Shown here: piece after piece, positions 62,414 through 64,000 of the stretch | Position numbering within the stretch: position 1 is the stretch's first letter | Layout of the letters: every line of letters begins with the position of its first letter | From: Geosiphon pyriformis uo1 | Lineage: Eukaryota > Fungi > Glomeromycota | Direction of reading: 5' to 3' | Assembly (NCBI GenBank): GCA_016748015.1 | Contig: JAAOMT010000480.1 | Location: forward strand, 620,001-684,000 | DNA length: 64,000 bases | Position numbers and translations under genes: made by a program | Notes under the pieces: model-generated | Database searches by the model: none | Seen by the model: the letters and a program-made list of their open reading frames with translations, nothing else | Told to the model about the DNA's origin: nothing

Positions 62414-63307
62414 TATTACTCATAAAATATAGGAAGTATATTAGCATATAAATTAGCCAATCAGAAGTAGCCGTAGTAAATATAGAATTCCAGGATTTCT
62501 TTCAGAAAAATCACAAGATTCCTCTCAGAAAAATTACAGGATTCTAAGAATTTCAGGATTCTCATACAAGGAATTACAGGATTTCAATATTCTAGGATTT
62601 CTCTCAAAGGAATTGCAGGATTTCAGGAATTCCAAAATTCCTGGTATAAAGAATTAAGGAATTAAGGAATCTTAATTATGTATATATAGTGATAGCATTA
62701 GAAGTAAAAAAGACAGATCTCTCCATTTAGATTTGATCTAAGCAATTTTCTACATCATAAATATTAATAAATAATTATTTGATATTTCAATACACTCTTC
62801 ACTATTAACACTTCATATTAATAGTCTCAAATACTTAACCATGCTGGAACAATAGCTCTTGATTATGGCTATTAATGAAATACTAACTATTATTGTCTTG
62901 GCTTATTTCTTTATTTTTTTTTATTTTCTTTTATTATTTTTTTTGTTGTACTAACTAATTAAAGGATTAAAGTGCTGAGTTATTGACATCATAGATAGCC
63001 TGATAAAAGACCCAGAGATAAAAGTAGAATTATATATATATTAACAGATAGCTTAACAGAAGGACATAATTGCCAGATTAAACTGGCCACCATGTTGAAA
63101 ACAGAAATTGGGAAAATAACTTGAGAAATCAATTAAAACCAATTATAGTGAATCTCTGTTCATTATACAAAAAACTTAACTCAAAACCTTTAGATTATGA
63201 AAACCTTCAGATACCAACAACCTTTAGAGATTACTTAATATCATCCATTGAGCACCAAGTTATGAGTTTGTTATTTGATTTAAGACCCCAAATAATTACT
63301 TGTAACA
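62414..63307 (+). repeat. E2 3' LTR (894 bp)
   Basis: TATTACTCA (decayed TG)...TGTAACA, preceded by the A-rich decayed PPT at 62398-62413. Confidence 0.95.
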
Positions 63308-63311
63308 ATGT

Positions 63312-63919
63312 TACTCTGATGATTCCAAGAAATTTTAAAAAAGTAGATGCCCCTCCAAAACTATTAATTCCTGAAAATAATTTTTTAACTATCATGCATT
63401 TTTTTTGAGATGTTTTCTCAGCAATTTTATCTAGCCCAATATCTAAAGCAAAAAATTTGCAAACAAAAACATTGACCAAATTTTTTAAGAGAGAGAGAAG
63501 TTTTAAAAGAGCATTTAAGAGAATATTATCATTATATTATTACCTGAAAAATTAATTTTTTCCAATGGTTTATTTAAAGTCTTCTTGGTTTTAACCCATA
63601 AACTTTTAGGTGTTTAATCAGAATCTTTATTAACATAAGCACTACTTTTCTCATAATCAAAACTGGTTTCTTCTACCAGACATTCTTTCTTCATATTAAT
63701 ACTATCAAACTTAATGATATCACCAGTCTTTGAACTCCATGAATAACCACTCTGCACTTTAGCTAAATTTTTTCTGTTATCAACACCATCTTCTAAAACA
63801 CCATCTTTTCTCTTTTTTCTTGACAAAATGGCCTTAAAACCACCACCAGAACCAGAATTTTTAACAGTCTTTTTCATAACAGCAACACTAAAGTTTACAA
63901 TGGCCTTGTAATCAAGCAA
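63312..63919 (-). pseudogene. LINE C ORF1, 5' part
   Basis: ORFs 63614-63919 and 63231-63479 (KFFALDIGL…FGGASTF…GIIRVT), homologous to LINE A and B ORF1. Confidence 0.8.
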
Positions 63920-64000
63920 AAATGGTTTAGATTTATCATATTTAATAGTAAAAAACTTCTTGCAAAAAACTTTTTGACTCTTTTTTGGGAATTTGGAACA

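Larger units (their letters stand above)
43322..63307 (+). mobile_element. E2: full-length Ty3/Gypsy LTR retrotransposon (LTR family B), about 10 kb without nested E1
   Basis: Paired LTRs, perfect 4-bp TSD ATGT (43318-43321 / 63308-63311), PBS, PPT and domain order gag-PR-RT-RH-IN. Confidence 0.96.
37261..64000 (-). mobile_element. LINE C: near full-length non-LTR retrotransposon (37261-43321 plus 63308-~64000), interrupted by E2
   Basis: Tail and 3' UTR at 37261-37407. ORF1 reads through the E2 insertion (FLGIIRVT|FTSESSLVQAFEK). The 5' motif is shared with LINE A and the element may extend beyond the window. Confidence 0.92.

Noticed and set aside
3607-63919. Short ORFs in the supplied track as host genes
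   Set aside because: They are fragments of decayed TE ORFs, their antisense or off-frame shadows, or LTR sequence (for example 44006-44209 and 63121-63408). None has support as a cellular gene.

Overview
This is very AT-rich eukaryotic DNA. The repeat-encoded proteins resemble those I recall from Glomeromycotina fungi such as Geosiphon; that assignment is inference, not a search result. I found no host gene. The window is three stacks of nested transposable elements. (1) 588-24563: a heavily decayed Ty3/Gypsy element (E4, LTR family B, minus strand). It contains a LINE (A), a second Gypsy element (E3, LTR family A, 10998-22032) and a 31-bp LINE footprint. E3 in turn carries a young Tc1/mariner transposon and a young 196-bp 5'-truncated LINE. 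(2) ~24720-37237: LINE B (plus strand), interrupted by an RT-less Gypsy remnant (E5, LTR family C, itself carrying a solo LTR-A) and by a second solo LTR-A. (3) 37261-64000: LINE C (minus strand), interrupted by a full-length Gypsy E2 (43322-63307, plus strand), which is interrupted by a full-length Gypsy E1 (46076-55989, minus strand). The Gypsy elements share an unusual layout: Gag-CCHC, protease, an unassigned Cys-rich domain, dUTPase, RT, RNase H, integrase, then an extra sense 3' ORF that runs to the polypurine tract. Each LTR family also has its own tandem motif array near the LTR 5' end. Almost all repeats show massive C>T/G>A transition decay in CpG and non-CpG contexts, which is RIP-like, while a few young or short inserts are spared. 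All long ORFs are pseudogenised. Coordinates in the decayed left half are approximate.
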